Shown here: positions 1 to 10,823 of the stretch, in pieces | Layout of the letters: the number at the start of each line of letters is the position of its first letter | Position numbering within the stretch: position 1 is the stretch's first letter | Origin: Patescibacteria group bacterium | GTDB taxonomy: Bacteria; Patescibacteriota; Minisyncoccia; Phycocordibacterales; UBA918 | Direction: 5' to 3' | NCBI GenBank assembly: GCA_019752815.1 | Contig: JAIELQ010000005.1 | Coordinates: 49,625 to 113,624 of the forward strand | DNA: 64,000 nt | Position numbers and translations under genes: made by a program | Notes under the pieces: model-generated | Seen by the model: only the letters and a program-made list of their open reading frames with translations | Database searches by the model: none | Told to the model about the DNA's origin: nothing

Positions 1-1
1 C

Positions 2-460
2 TGGGTTGGGTTGCTTCCGGGAGTAACTTCAATTGGGCTCTACGAGGTGCATGATGGAGCAGAACACTTTACTCCACTCCTGTATCCAGCAGCGACGGAT
101 CTCAATATCACTATTGGATTTGCCATTGCAGCAGTAGTGGCTATTCAGCTAGCTGGGGTACTAGCACTAGGGTTATTCAAATATGCCGGTAAGTTCATTA
201 ACTTTCACTCACCGATTGGTTTTGCGGTTGGTATTATTGAGTTAATTTCTGAACTAGCCCGTTTAATCTCGTTCTCATTCCGATTATTTGGGAATATTTT
301 TGCCGGAAAAGTTCTTTTGTTAGTAGTATTGTTTTTTGTTCCGTATGTTGTTCCAGTGCCACTTATATTTTTTGAGGTGTTTGTTGGTTTTATTCAAGCC
401 TTTGTGTTTGCCATCCTGACACTCTTCTTCATTAAGTTGGCGATGGAAGCCCCGCACTAG
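2..460 (+). CDS. atpB: F0F1 ATP synthase subunit a (C-terminal part; 5' end lies outside the window)
   Basis: Reading frame is open to the window edge. Multi-pass membrane protein with the a-subunit motif ARLISFSFRLFGNIFAG (conserved Arg). Followed by atpE and atpF. Confidence 0.85.
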   Translation, partial: WVGLLPGVTSIGLYEVHDGAEHFTPLLYPAATDLNITIGFAIAAVVAIQLAGVLALGLFKYAGKFINFHSPIGFAVGIIELISELARLISFSFRLFGNIFAGKVLLLVVLFFVPYVVPVPLIFFEVFVGFIQAFVFAILTLFFIKLAMEAPH

Positions 461-557
461 TGAATAATCACGAGTCTCGTAACTGCAGAGTATGTAGTGG
501 ACGAGTCTCGTACTTGTTTGGTAACGGGTACAGTATTATAAAAATAAAATAAATATT

Positions 558-821
558 ATGTCAGAATTAGAAATTGCAAAACAAATTGCTGAACTTGATT
601 TAGAGTCTATGAAAGCGCTTGCGATGGCGATTGCGGTTGCTATCGGAGTATTTGGTCCGGCTATTGGTATCGGTATGTTGGTATCAAAGGCACTTGAAGC
701 TATCGGACGCAACCCAGAAGCAGCACCAAAGATTCAAGCTACAATGATTATCGGTGTGGCTTTCGTTGAAGCGCTGGCGATTTTTGCGGTAGTGGTTGCG
801 TTCGTAATCAAATTCGCTTAA
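558..821 (+). CDS. atpE: ATP synthase subunit c
   Basis: 87-aa two-helix hairpin proteolipid rich in Gly and Ala, with the motif IIGVAFVEALAIFA carrying the conserved carboxylate. Position is within the atp operon. Confidence 0.9.
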   Translation: MSELEIAKQIAELDLESMKALAMAIAVAIGVFGPAIGIGMLVSKALEAIGRNPEAAPKIQATMIIGVAFVEALAIFAVVVAFVIKFA

Positions 822-845
822 TTTCCGCGAAATTGGCTAATTACA

Positions 846-925
846 GCGTTGTGCTGAGGTAAAATATTTTCTCACCGTATAAAAATACGGCTCGCAAAAT
901 TTTCCTTGCACGCCTTGTACTTCAT
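846..925 (+). repeat. Structured intergenic repeat, copy 1 (about 85 nt, family of 6)
   Basis: Shares GCGTTG..GGTAAAA..internal hairpin CCGTAT/ATACGG..TTTTCCTTGCACGCCTTGTA with copies at 6294, 29755, 30962, 41985 and 54781. Begins 25 nt after the atpE stop. Confidence 0.7.
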
Positions 926-1153
926 ACAATTTAGCGAAAATTACTCACACTGTGTTTGTTTAACATAAACTTTAGCGTAAAGTTTAAAGTTTAAAACACA
1001 CTCTGTTTATTAGTTAAGCTCATTGCAAGATTGTCTAAGATTCGCGAAGTACAAAAGAAATAATTCGACACGTACTACTGTACGGAGAGAATAATTTCTT
1101 GCAGTACGACAAAGAAGATTGGATGATATTGCGATAAGCGCTCTCTCAGCACT

Positions 1154-1603
1154 ATGGAAGATATTATTAAAGCTTTCGGAATCGACGGTCGTCTGATCCT
1201 CATTCAAATTGTAAACTTCGCCATTTTGATGGTGGCGTTGGTGTATTTTTTGTACAACCCAATCTTGAACATGCTTAAAGCGCGTGAAGAAAAGATTGTG
1301 CAGGGGATCAAAGACGCCGAAGCAGCTGCTGCTGCCAAAGCCTCTGCGGATGCCGAGAAAAAAGTAATTTTGACTGATGCACACACCGAGGCTGCAGCAG
1401 TTAATGCTCGTGCTAAATCAGCGGCCGATGCGACTGCAAGCGACATTGTTGCCAAAGCTCAAACTGATGCCGCTGCTGTTATGGCAGACGCTGCGCTGAA
1501 GGCGCAGCAACTAAAGCTCCAGGCTGAACGAGATAGTCAAGCGGAAATTGCCAAAACAGCTATACTCGCTGCTGAAAAAATTCTCACCCAAAAGAACGCG
1601 TAA
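1154..1603 (+). CDS. atpF: ATP synthase subunit b
   Basis: One N-terminal TM helix followed by a long Ala/Lys/Glu-rich helical stalk. Operon position is between atpE and atpH. Confidence 0.8.
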   Translation: MEDIIKAFGIDGRLILIQIVNFAILMVALVYFLYNPILNMLKAREEKIVQGIKDAEAAAAAKASADAEKKVILTDAHTEAAAVNARAKSAADATASDIVAKAQTDAAAVMADAALKAQQLKLQAERDSQAEIAKTAILAAEKILTQKNA

Positions 1604-1609
1604 TAAACT

Positions 1610-1993
1610 ATGAAAGACACCTACGTACACGCACTGTTGGAACTCATTCAATCTGGGCAACCGATTGATACTGTTTTGATGAATCTGACAAAGGTGTTGG
1701 CGTCACGTGGGCACAGTAAACTGCACGGATCAATTCTAAATGACTTGATGCATGCCTTAGAGTTGGCACAGGAGAATAGCTTACCAAAAGTCACGGTAGC
1801 AAAAGAAGGAAGTGTGAGTGAAGCTGAAATAAAAGCAGCACTTGTAAAGCTTTCCGTACCACATGATGAGTACAAAGTTACCTATAATCCTAACATTATT
1901 GGAGGACTGATTGCCACGTACCAGAGTAAACAATTAGATCAAAGTTACCAAACCAAGTTACGAGAGTTATATCAATCCATTATCACCACTTAA
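1610..1993 (+). CDS. atpH: ATP synthase subunit delta (OSCP), short form
   Basis: 127-aa helical protein directly upstream of atpA. Call is by synteny only; the match to delta subunits is weak but recognisable. Confidence 0.65.
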   Translation: MKDTYVHALLELIQSGQPIDTVLMNLTKVLASRGHSKLHGSILNDLMHALELAQENSLPKVTVAKEGSVSEAEIKAALVKLSVPHDEYKVTYNPNIIGGLIATYQSKQLDQSYQTKLRELYQSIITT

Positions 1994-2007
1994 TTATCAT
2001 AACCATT

Positions 2008-3573
2008 ATGAGCACCACAATTATCGACCGCATTAAAAAAGAAATCGCTGCCTTGGATGTAACGGCCACCCCCAAAGAGGTTGGGGTAGTGACTGCTGTA
2101 TCAGACGGTATCATTGAAATCTCTGGACTGACTTCTGCCCGAATGATGGAAATGGTGGTGTTTGGTGTGGGCGAAGGCGCAACGCTGGAAACTGCACTCA
2201 AACAAACGACTGTTCTCTATGGTCTCGTGTTGAACCTCGAAGAGGATGTGGTGAAGGTGGTGGTACTTGGTGAAAGTGCGGGCATCCGTGAAGGGATGAC
2301 TGTGTTCCGCACCAACACGCTCCTGTCTGTTCCCGTTGGTGACGGGATTGTGGGTCGAGTGGTGAATGCCCTTGGTGAAATGATTGATGGTAAAGGGGCA
2401 ATCACAACTGATAAAAACATGCCGATTGAACGCGTGGCGTACGGAGTAATGGATCGTTCATCGGTAAACGAACCAATCCACACGGGGATTAAGGCTATCG
2501 ACTCAATGATTCCAATTGGACGTGGGCAGCGTGAGCTCATCATTGGTGACCGCGGAACTGGTAAAACTACCATTGCCATTGATACTATCATCAACCAAAA
2601 GTACGAACCGGCCGCCAAGCGACCAATTTGTATTTATGTAGCGATTGGTCAAAAGCGTTCAAAAACTGCCAACATCATGGCTCAGCTTGAAAAAGCGGGC
2701 GCAATGGAGTACACCACCATCATCGCAACATCAGCGTCTGAAGCATCACCACTACTATTCCTCGCACCATTTACGGGAATGGCGATTGGTGAATACTTCA
2801 TGCAACAAGGGAAAGACGTTTTGATTATTCTCGATGACCTTAGTAAGCACGCCGTGGCCTACCGTCAAATGTCACTGTTGCTTAGGCGTCCACCAGGACG
2901 TGAAGCGTACCCAGGAGACATCTTTTACCTCCACTCACGTCTGCTCGAACGTTCAGCAAAATTGTCTGCTGAATTAGGTGGCGGCTCAATCACCGCGTTG
3001 CCGATTATCGAAACCCAAGAGGGTGACGTGTCGGCGTACATTCCAACGAACGTTATTTCTATTACCGACGGTCAGATTTTCCTCGAAACTGATTTGTTTA
3101 ACAAAGGCATCCGCCCAGCGCTTAACGTTGGTATTTCCGTATCACGTGTAGGTAGTAGTGCACAAACTAAAGCCATGAAGGCCGTAGCCGGAAAGATTCG
3201 TCTTGAGCTCGCACAGTTCCGAGAACTCGAAGCTTTTATGCAATTTGCCTCTGATCTCGATGCAGACACCAAAGCTCGTATCGATAGTGGTCGCAAATAT
3301 GTGGAGATGCTCAAGCAAACACAAAACAACCCAATGCCGTTCTACAAACAAGTAGTGTCTATTTATGGAGCGAACACTGGATTGTTTGATGGGGCTGATC
3401 CAAAAAATGTCCGTGCTATTGAAGATGCGTACCAGGCATTTATTGAACGAGACCGAAAAGCAACACTCGATGCAGTAGAAAGTACCCGAGCATTGTCTGA
3501 TGAACTCAAAGCCGACCTCGATAAATCAATTGTAGATTTCAAAGAAGCGAATAGTAACCTCTACACAGCGTAA
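2008..3573 (+). CDS. atpA: ATP synthase F1 alpha subunit
   Basis: Walker A GDRGTGKT and the alpha-subunit signatures QRELIIGDRGTGKT and ILDDLSKHAVAYRQMSLLLRRPPGREAYPGDIFYLHSRLLER. Confidence 0.97.
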   Translation: MSTTIIDRIKKEIAALDVTATPKEVGVVTAVSDGIIEISGLTSARMMEMVVFGVGEGATLETALKQTTVLYGLVLNLEEDVVKVVVLGESAGIREGMTVFRTNTLLSVPVGDGIVGRVVNALGEMIDGKGAITTDKNMPIERVAYGVMDRSSVNEPIHTGIKAIDSMIPIGRGQRELIIGDRGTGKTTIAIDTIINQKYEPAAKRPICIYVAIGQKRSKTANIMAQLEKAGAMEYTTIIATSASEASPLLFLAPFTGMAIGEYFMQQGKDVLIILDDLSKHAVAYRQMSLLLRRPPGREAYPGDIFYLHSRLLERSAKLSAELGGGSITALPIIETQEGDVSAYIPTNVISITDGQIFLETDLFNKGIRPALNVGISVSRVGSSAQTKAMKAVAGKIRLELAQFRELEAFMQFASDLDADTKARIDSGRKYVEMLKQTQNNPMPFYKQVVSIYGANTGLFDGADPKNVRAIEDAYQAFIERDRKATLDAVESTRALSDELKADLDKSIVDFKEANSNLYTA

Positions 3574-3585
3574 CCAAATACATTT

Positions 3586-4494
3586 GTGGCACTCAAACAA
3601 ATTAAAAACAAAATAATCTCCACCAAGAAAACCGGTAAAGTTACCAAGGCGATGGAAGCAGTGTCGGCGGTAAAAATGCGCAAGTCACAAGCACGGGCTT
3701 TTGATAGTCGTCCGTACGTGCATGCAGCGATGCGGATTTTGTCACGTCTGTCACAATCGGGAGATATAACTACACACTCACTTGCGCAAAAGCGCGATGC
3801 TGGAAAGAAACTGGTAGTGATGGTAACGAGTGATAAAGGGCTCGCCGGAAGTGTGAACAGTGCCATCATTAAAACTGTTGAGACAATGCTCCGTAACGGA
3901 GAAGAGTTTGATGTGATGACCATTGGTCGTAAAGCCACTGAGTTTGCGGGACGAGCTAACCTCACTGTTTTAGGTCAATTCACGAACGTGAGTGATGATG
4001 TAACGGTCGCTGATGTCTACAATATGGCCGAGGTAGTGCTTGATGCCTACAAAAAAGCCGAAACATATTCCAAGGTTGAAGTAGTGTACCAAAACTTCAT
4101 TTCTACTTTTGAACAGGAACCAACGAAGCGTCAGATTCTCCCACTTGATCCAGCTGAAATTCACTACATCATGCAGGGTATCAAACCAAAAGTTGGGAAG
4201 TTCAGTGAGTCTGTGGTTGCGGCTGATACGGTCATCAATTACGAAATTGAGCCAAATGCAGCAGCAGTGCTTGATGTTCTGATTCCACAATTGGTGCAAA
4301 TCATGCTCTTCCACGCTCTACTTGAGAGTAAGGCGAGTGAACACAGTGCCCGTATGGTAGCGATGAAGAACGCCACTGATAAGAGTAAGGAAGTAACTAA
4401 GTCTCTCACCCTTAAATACAACAAAGCCCGTCAGGCAGCGATTACTGCTGAGGTAGCTGAGATAACCGGTGGTATGGAAGCAATGAAAAAATAA
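3586..4494 (+). CDS. atpG: ATP synthase F1 gamma subunit
   Basis: GTG start. N-terminal IKNKIISTKKTGKVTKAMEAVSAVKMRK and C-terminal ITAEVAEITGGMEAMKK are typical of gamma. Confidence 0.9.
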   Translation: MALKQIKNKIISTKKTGKVTKAMEAVSAVKMRKSQARAFDSRPYVHAAMRILSRLSQSGDITTHSLAQKRDAGKKLVVMVTSDKGLAGSVNSAIIKTVETMLRNGEEFDVMTIGRKATEFAGRANLTVLGQFTNVSDDVTVADVYNMAEVVLDAYKKAETYSKVEVVYQNFISTFEQEPTKRQILPLDPAEIHYIMQGIKPKVGKFSESVVAADTVINYEIEPNAAAVLDVLIPQLVQIMLFHALLESKASEHSARMVAMKNATDKSKEVTKSLTLKYNKARQAAITAEVAEITGGMEAMKK

Positions 4495-4495
4495 T

Positions 4496-4825
4496 ATGGA
4501 ATCAAATCGCCAAGAAAAATTTCAGAATTCAATTCGTAATGAATCACAGATTCAGCTACTTTTTACTAAGGCCATCAATCAAAGTGTTGATTTGTTTTCT
4601 GTAGATTTGCAAAAAAATGAGCTAGAGCAATTAACTGCCTTGGCAGCAGAAGAACATACAACACCCTTTGGTAAAGTTGCTGAAATGAGAAGGCTCGCTC
4701 GTGAGTCGGACAGAGCAGCATTTAAAGGAGTTATTAGTAATATACTTCTTACTATTTCTGAAAATCTGACTGATGCAGAACGAAATCAGTTCGCTGGTAC
4801 AAGCACAAGTTTGCTTGACATCTAG
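4496..4825 (+). CDS. Hypothetical protein inserted between atpG and atpD
   Basis: 109-aa ORF. Its start overlaps the atpG stop, and it sits inside an otherwise canonical operon. No recognisable domain. Confidence 0.5.
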   Translation: MESNRQEKFQNSIRNESQIQLLFTKAINQSVDLFSVDLQKNELEQLTALAAEEHTTPFGKVAEMRRLARESDRAAFKGVISNILLTISENLTDAERNQFAGTSTSLLDI

Positions 4826-4887
4826 TAGTTCTTAGTAGTTAGAGCCTCAGGGGCTTTCACTACTCAGTGGTACTGAGTCATTATTAA

Positions 4888-6270
<1,383 letters not shown>

Positions 6271-6293
6271 AAGCGATAGCAGGCAACCTACTG

Positions 6294-6375
6294 CGTTGCG
6301 CTGCGGTAAAATAAGTTTCAACGTACAATAAAGTACGTCTCAAATTATTTTCCTTGCGCGCCTTGTATCTTACCT
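6294..6375 (+). repeat. Structured intergenic repeat, copy 2
   Basis: GCGTTGCGCTGCGGTAAAA..hairpin ACGTAC/GTACGT..TTTTCCTTGCGCGCCTTGTA. Begins 24 nt after the atpD stop. Confidence 0.7.
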
Positions 6376-6418
6376 ACTCTAGCTCCTCCTGATAATCTGA
6401 TATAAATTACTAAGAATT

Positions 6419-6568
6419 ATGCAAAAAATTATCAATTTTGTTAAAAAATTTGCAGTCAGTATTGTTGTCATGATTTGTGTGGCAATTCTGGCGTTCATAT
6501 ACACGTGGGGAGGTATGCTTGAAGTTTGGTTTCCAACTGGAACAACATTAATTCCACCTCAAAATTAA
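6419..6568 (+). CDS. Possible small membrane protein (49 aa, MQKIINFVKKFAVSIVVMICVAILAFIYTWGG...)
   Basis: Absent from the ORF track because it is under 60 aa. Hydrophobic single-TM peptide filling the atpD-atpC gap and ending 3 nt before atpC. Confidence 0.35.
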   Translation: MQKIINFVKKFAVSIVVMICVAILAFIYTWGGMLEVWFPTGTTLIPPQN

Positions 6569-6571
6569 AAC

Positions 6572-6814
6572 ATGAAACTACTTAAACTAACTATTTCAAA
6601 AGTAGACGCACCGGTCTTTGACGGGGATGTGGTTTCAGTGACGGTGCCCGGGACAGAAGGGGAGATGACTATTCTCGCTGACCACACCGCACTCATTTCA
6701 GTCCTAAAAGCGGGAGTAATCACCGTCGTATCAGAGGGTGGCAAAAAAGAATCATATGATTCGGTCGGTGGCACGCTCGAAATCAGCAATAATCACGCCA
6801 CTGTTTTGATTTAA
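6572..6814 (+). CDS. atpC: ATP synthase F1 epsilon subunit (beta-sandwich domain only, 80 aa)
   Basis: N-terminal MKLLKLTISKVDAPVFDGDVVSVTVPGTEGEMTILADH matches the epsilon beta-sandwich. Lacks the C-terminal helical hairpin. Terminal gene of the operon. Confidence 0.85.
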   Translation: MKLLKLTISKVDAPVFDGDVVSVTVPGTEGEMTILADHTALISVLKAGVITVVSEGGKKESYDSVGGTLEISNNHATVLI

Positions 6815-6878
6815 AACTCAGAATATCCTTTATTTGAGGGAGGCTTAGCCTCCCATGAATACAGAAAATTTTTACTAA

Positions 6879-6906
6879 AACCCTCCATAGTCATGGAGGG
6901 TTTTAG
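6879..6906 (+). terminator. Rho-independent terminator after atpC
   Basis: AACCCTCCAT-AGTC-ATGGAGGGTT stem followed by a T run. A second hairpin, GGGAGGC-TTA-GCCTCCC, lies just upstream. Confidence 0.7.
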
Positions 6907-6956
6907 TTTGAAATAAACTTCTACAGAAATACGTATTAATAAGATAAAATACATAT

Positions 6957-7625
6957 ATGGATAAAAATAAAATTGTCATGATAGCGGTGGGGGCAGGTAT
7001 TGTGGGATTGCTCGTTGGTATGGTAGTAAGTTCATTTCAACAGGATGGACGGGGTGGATACGGTCACGATATGATGCGTCATGGGGATGATAAGTGGGAC
7101 AAGATGGACAGACGTGGTGAATATGGTGATACCAAGGAACAGAGTGGCATGATGGGTATGGATCACTCTAATATGGACCATGGCATGATGATGGTCAGTA
7201 GTGAACGCGAGTTTATCATGGGTATGATTCCACATCATGAAGAAGCCATTGCAACCGCCAAGCAAGTGATTGAACGTGGCGGTAGTACATCAGAAATTAA
7301 AACACTTGCTGAAAATATAGTTAAAGCTCAAGAAGCCGAAGTGGCGCAGATGAAAGAGTGGTATAAAAATTGGTATGGTGAAGAGTATATTGCCGATGGA
7401 AAATATAAACCAATGATGCGACCGCTCGAATCATTGTCTGGTGCTGAATTAGATAAGGTGTTTTTGACCGATATGGTAATGCATCACCAAATGGCTATTA
7501 TGATGGCGATGAGCGTCGATGCCCATATTGAGCACGAGGAAATGAAGGCGCTTTCAACGAATATTAAAACTACCCAATCTGCCGAAATAGAAACAATGCA
7601 AAATCTCCTCAACAGTTTGAATTAA
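6957..7625 (+). CDS. DUF305-family protein with N-terminal TM helix and a Met/His-rich segment
   Basis: Paired DUF305-like motifs MIPHHEEAIATAK and MVMHHQMAIMMA. His/Met/Asp-rich stretch GGYGHDMMRHGDDKWDKMDRRGEYGDTKEQSGMMGMDHSNMDHGMMM resembles periplasmic copper-binding Met-rich motifs. Confidence 0.7.
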   Translation: MDKNKIVMIAVGAGIVGLLVGMVVSSFQQDGRGGYGHDMMRHGDDKWDKMDRRGEYGDTKEQSGMMGMDHSNMDHGMMMVSSEREFIMGMIPHHEEAIATAKQVIERGGSTSEIKTLAENIVKAQEAEVAQMKEWYKNWYGEEYIADGKYKPMMRPLESLSGAELDKVFLTDMVMHHQMAIMMAMSVDAHIEHEEMKALSTNIKTTQSAEIETMQNLLNSLN

Positions 7626-7654
7626 CTTTATTCTTTCAGGTCCTGACTAAAAAT

Positions 7655-7681
7655 CCTTTCAGTTAACCGAAAGGTTTTTTG
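7655..7681 (+). terminator. Rho-independent terminator
   Basis: CCTTTC-AGTTAACC-GAAAGG followed by TTTTTT. Confidence 0.7.
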
Positions 7682-8227
7682 GTTGCAATTATAAGATTAG
7701 ATAGTAGAGTATCACCCAGACACAGTTCAGGAGGCTGGCAGATGGTTCAAATCCCAAACCCATTCAAATTGATGGATGACTTGTTGTTGGATTATGTGTT
7801 CAACCCAATTACTTGGAAAATCGAGTATCGCTATGGCAAAAATGCGATGGATGTGAGGATTGTATTGAAGTATATTGGCATCGCAACCCTCATGCTGTTG
7901 TGTGTACTCGCTCAAGCGCACCTGCTGTTTATATTGTTGCTCGCTTTGTGGGTACTGCAGTCTTGGGTGGGAGATGATGCGGCTCGAGCCAGCTGGAAAA
8001 TAAACAACAAAACAGGGAAAAATATTTGGCGAATAAATGGTTTTTCTGTGAGAAGAATAAATGATTTGCTGATGCTGTACTGTGTAATTATGCCAAGCGG
8101 AGACTTTGTGTGGGATATTTTAGGAAATGCTGGTTGGTTGCTGGTGCTATCAATTCCTGGCTACCTCGACGCCACTGATGCACTGCCACCATATTACCGC
8201 GAGCTTAAAACAGCACCGCAGACGTGA
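7679..8227 (+). CDS. Hypothetical membrane protein
   Basis: 182-aa ORF with several hydrophobic helices. The likely start is the internal Met at 7742 (MVQIPNPF). No domain recognised. Confidence 0.45.
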   Translation: MVAIIRLDSRVSPRHSSGGWQMVQIPNPFKLMDDLLLDYVFNPITWKIEYRYGKNAMDVRIVLKYIGIATLMLLCVLAQAHLLFILLLALWVLQSWVGDDAARASWKINNKTGKNIWRINGFSVRRINDLLMLYCVIMPSGDFVWDILGNAGWLLVLSIPGYLDATDALPPYYRELKTAPQT

Positions 8228-8264
8228 AATCAAATCCCAAAGCTGGTAACGGCTTCGGGATATT

Positions 8265-9131
8265 TTATTTCTGACACCCTGGGCAATAGTGCGTGCCGCG
8301 GCCGGCACAGCGGATTTTTATAATCGTAGTTTTGCAACGGGGGCAGGGTGTGCCTTGTTTACCAAATACTTTGAGATATTGTGTGAAATTTCCAACATTA
8401 CCATCACTATCGACAAAATGTTGGAATGTTGTACCACCAACTTTGATTGATTCGTTCATGACGTCACCAGCGACTTTAGCCAGTAACTTCGCCTCTTTGT
8501 CCGTTAGTTTGTCTGCACGCCGGGTGGGGGCTATTTTAGCCCTCCAGAGTGCCTCGTCGACGTAGATGTTCCCTAATCCAGCTATGAATGATTGATTGAG
8601 CAAGACTGCTTTAATTGCTGTTTTACGTTTTTTGAGTGCATCGGTAAATTTAGGAATATCAAAATCAGCATGGATTGGTTCTGGTCCATATTTGCTTTTA
8701 ACGTGGTTGAGTTCAATATTGTCGACAATTTTAAGATACCCAAACAGTCGCATGTCGTTGAAATACAATGTGCCGGCATTGCCAAAATGAACCGCCAAGC
8801 GAGAATGTTTGTGGGGAAATCCGGAACCATCGCCCTCAGTCATCGAGTGTCCACCACCGATAATTGCACCTTTAGTGTCAACAAAGAAAAATTGCCCCGT
8901 CATTTTGAGGTGCCCTAGCATAAACACGTTAGGCTGATCGGCAAAACAGAAAATAAGTAGCTTACCAATCCGGTCTATATGATCAATTGTTTGTCCCGTA
9001 ACTTTTTTAGTAAATTTAGCATCACCGGCCGTAGTTTTAGGGTGATAGATAGTGACCCCTGTGATGGTTTTGCCACGTAGTTTATGGAGTAGTTGCAATC
9101 GGACAGTCTCGACTTCAGGGAGTTCAGGCAT
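8265..9131 (-). CDS. mutM: Formamidopyrimidine-DNA glycosylase / endonuclease VIII family (Fpg/Nei)
   Basis: Canonical N-terminus MPELPEVETVR (Pro2 and Glu3 catalytic). C-terminal zinc finger CPRCKTTIIKIRCAGRGTHYCPGCQ. Confidence 0.9.
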   Translation of the reverse strand: MPELPEVETVRLQLLHKLRGKTITGVTIYHPKTTAGDAKFTKKVTGQTIDHIDRIGKLLIFCFADQPNVFMLGHLKMTGQFFFVDTKGAIIGGGHSMTEGDGSGFPHKHSRLAVHFGNAGTLYFNDMRLFGYLKIVDNIELNHVKSKYGPEPIHADFDIPKFTDALKKRKTAIKAVLLNQSFIAGLGNIYVDEALWRAKIAPTRRADKLTDKEAKLLAKVAGDVMNESIKVGGTTFQHFVDSDGNVGNFTQYLKVFGKQGTPCPRCKTTIIKIRCAGRGTHYCPGCQK

Positions 9132-9265
9132 AGTGAGGTTATTTTACGCCATAATAGCGCAGGAGGCGAGTTATTCCGTATTGCAAAGCAGAGGCGCGGC
9201 AATTCACAGCTATCGAAGTGAATTGCCGCCCTCTGCTGACAATATGAGGCTGGTTCTTTAGGCTA

Positions 9266-9296
9266 AGAAAAAACCGGTCGTGAGACCGGTTTTTCT
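9266..9296. terminator. Bidirectional hairpin terminator
   Basis: AAACCGGTC-GTGA-GACCGGTTT with A and T runs on both sides. Confidence 0.65.
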
Positions 9297-9297
9297 G

Positions 9298-9414
9298 TTA
9301 GCCTTCGCAACTGACACAGACGGATTCGCTTGCCATATGTATCCGCGGTTTAGTAGGAGCACTACTCGCGACTTCTGGTAAGTCAAAATCAACGTTAAAT
9401 GTGTTATTTGCCAT
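9298..9414 (-). CDS. Small Cys-containing peptide (38 aa, MANNTFNVDFDLPEVASSAPTKPRIHMASESVCVSCEG)
   Basis: Absent from the ORF track. On the minus strand it is followed immediately by the hairpin terminator above. Lies upstream of mutM. Confidence 0.4.
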   Translation of the reverse strand: MANNTFNVDFDLPEVASSAPTKPRIHMASESVCVSCEG

Positions 9415-9534
9415 ATGATGTCATTTTAGCATGGTGCGAAAATGACCGGTTGTGACTGCCTGTGTATAGCGGGAGGCAAGTGACCATTTAAGCGTCTCTT
9501 GGAGACGAAAAAAATCATCCGTCAAGCACAGTGT

Positions 9535-9704
9535 CTCATCGAGTCAGTTTGAAGGTGATATAAATCCCAATAATCGCACCAATAGCATTTCCTAGGAGAG
9601 AGCTAAAGGAAAAAATACTGGCGCCCCATACAAGTGCGGGAATATACCCGCCAATCAAACCACCAAGAAACATTCCAAAATAAATAGTCTTCCGAGATTC
9701 CATG
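9535..9704 (-). CDS. GlsB/YeaQ/YmgE-family small membrane protein (56 aa)
   Basis: MESRKTIYFGMFLGGLIGGYIPALVWGASIFSFSSLLGNAIGAIIGIYITFKL. Gly-zipper two-helix peptide typical of the transglycosylase-associated protein family. The listed ORF 9603..10019 is in another frame and is spurious. Confidence 0.6.
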
Positions 9705-9837
9705 TCTCATAATACTAACATGGTCACTAATATAAAAACTCCCAGAGACTAAATCCCTAAGAGTTCTTGATAAGTGCCAGTAATTAACATTACAACACAT
9801 TTTTTTGAAGTAGGAGGCAGGACCTCCTACTTGATGG

Positions 9838-10257
9838 TTACGTACCGGCAGGGAGGGATTGGCAGGCAATGCCATCGCCGTCGCGATCAAGGCCGTGACG
9901 GTCAGGATTCTCGGCGGTGTTGCAGGTGTCGTAGACTTCTTGGGCTTCGGGCTGGGTTTTAAAGTTGCTGCAGTTATAGACATTCTCCTCGCAGGTTGCG
10001 CCATAGAGCGCTTTACCATTCTCGTCTCTTTGAATCATCGATTCAGATAGGGAGCCGGTCTCGACCAGCTTTCCTAAATCGACATCGGTATTCGTGGCTT
10101 CAAGTCCGAGCGCAATTAAAAGGACTGCACCAATACCAATCATAAATATCCGAGTTTTTTCAAAAAAGAACCCAATGATAACAACGAGTAGTAGTAATCC
10201 AATGATGATAATCAGTCGTGATTTTTTATTTTGGCGCCAATCTGCTACGTCTTTCAT
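9838..10257 (-). CDS. Membrane-anchored Excalibur calcium-binding domain protein
   Basis: N-terminal TM helix. C-terminal [10 protein letters not shown] matches the Excalibur motif (DxDxDGxxCE-like). Confidence 0.7.
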   Translation of the reverse strand: MKDVADWRQNKKSRLIIIIGLLLLVVIIGFFFEKTRIFMIGIGAVLLIALGLEATNTDVDLGKLVETGSLSESMIQRDENGKALYGATCEENVYNCSNFKTQPEAQEVYDTCNTAENPDRHGLDRDGDGIACQSLPAGT

Positions 10258-10328
10258 ATAACAAGTTATAAAACAAATAATACCCTAAGTGTAGGGTATT
10301 ATGTGTGAAAGTAAATATGCTGTCAGGG

Positions 10329-10682
10329 TTATTCCTGGCTGTGTAAACGGTCCGCTGCTTCTACGGTCGATACATTCTGGCTCATCAAAAGGAGGTTAAG
10401 AATTCCGTACGCTAACAACGCGTAGATAAATGCCGCCAATAAGGTAGTCCACTCAAAAATTGCTCCTGATTGGTAGCTGGTGCGAAATACTGACACAAAT
10501 GGGCTAACCAATACATTAGTAAGCGAATAAACAATATCTGTAAAGGTGGCAAGTGGGTTAGCTCCCAGTAACTTCATCACAAATCGTAGGGCGAGTAATA
10601 TTTCAATCGCACCAAAAATGAACCACACAATTTGTGTTCCAAAATATAATGGTTTAGTGCTTTTTGAGTTGTACGTAGACAT
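10329..10682 (-). CDS. YggT-family membrane protein
   Basis: 117-aa protein with two YGGT-like TM repeats (LALRFVMKLLGANP..., TLLAAFIYALLAYGILNLLLM). Confidence 0.6.
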   Translation of the reverse strand: MSTYNSKSTKPLYFGTQIVWFIFGAIEILLALRFVMKLLGANPLATFTDIVYSLTNVLVSPFVSVFRTSYQSGAIFEWTTLLAAFIYALLAYGILNLLLMSQNVSTVEAADRLHSQE

Positions 10683-10823
10683 AAATGAGAAATTTTTATT
10701 TGTAATATTTCTTTTTTATAGCCGTGCGAGGACAACTTTGATTGCAAATATCTCACAAAAGGGTACAGTTAATATGTTGATAGTTTTTGTTAACAAATTT
10801 ATTTCTTAATTTAAATTAATTGT

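Noticed and set aside
1010-1384. Minus-strand ORFs overlapping the atp genes (1010..1384, 1204..1455, 2217..2618, 3561..3965, 5394..5636 and others)
   Set aside because: They lie antisense within strongly supported conserved genes and have low-complexity or Ala/Ser/Pro-rich translations typical of shadow ORFs.
9603-10019. Listed 138-aa minus-strand ORF
   Set aside because: It overlaps the well-formed 56-aa YmgE-like gene and the Excalibur gene in other frames. It has no start context. The small membrane protein and the Excalibur gene explain the region.
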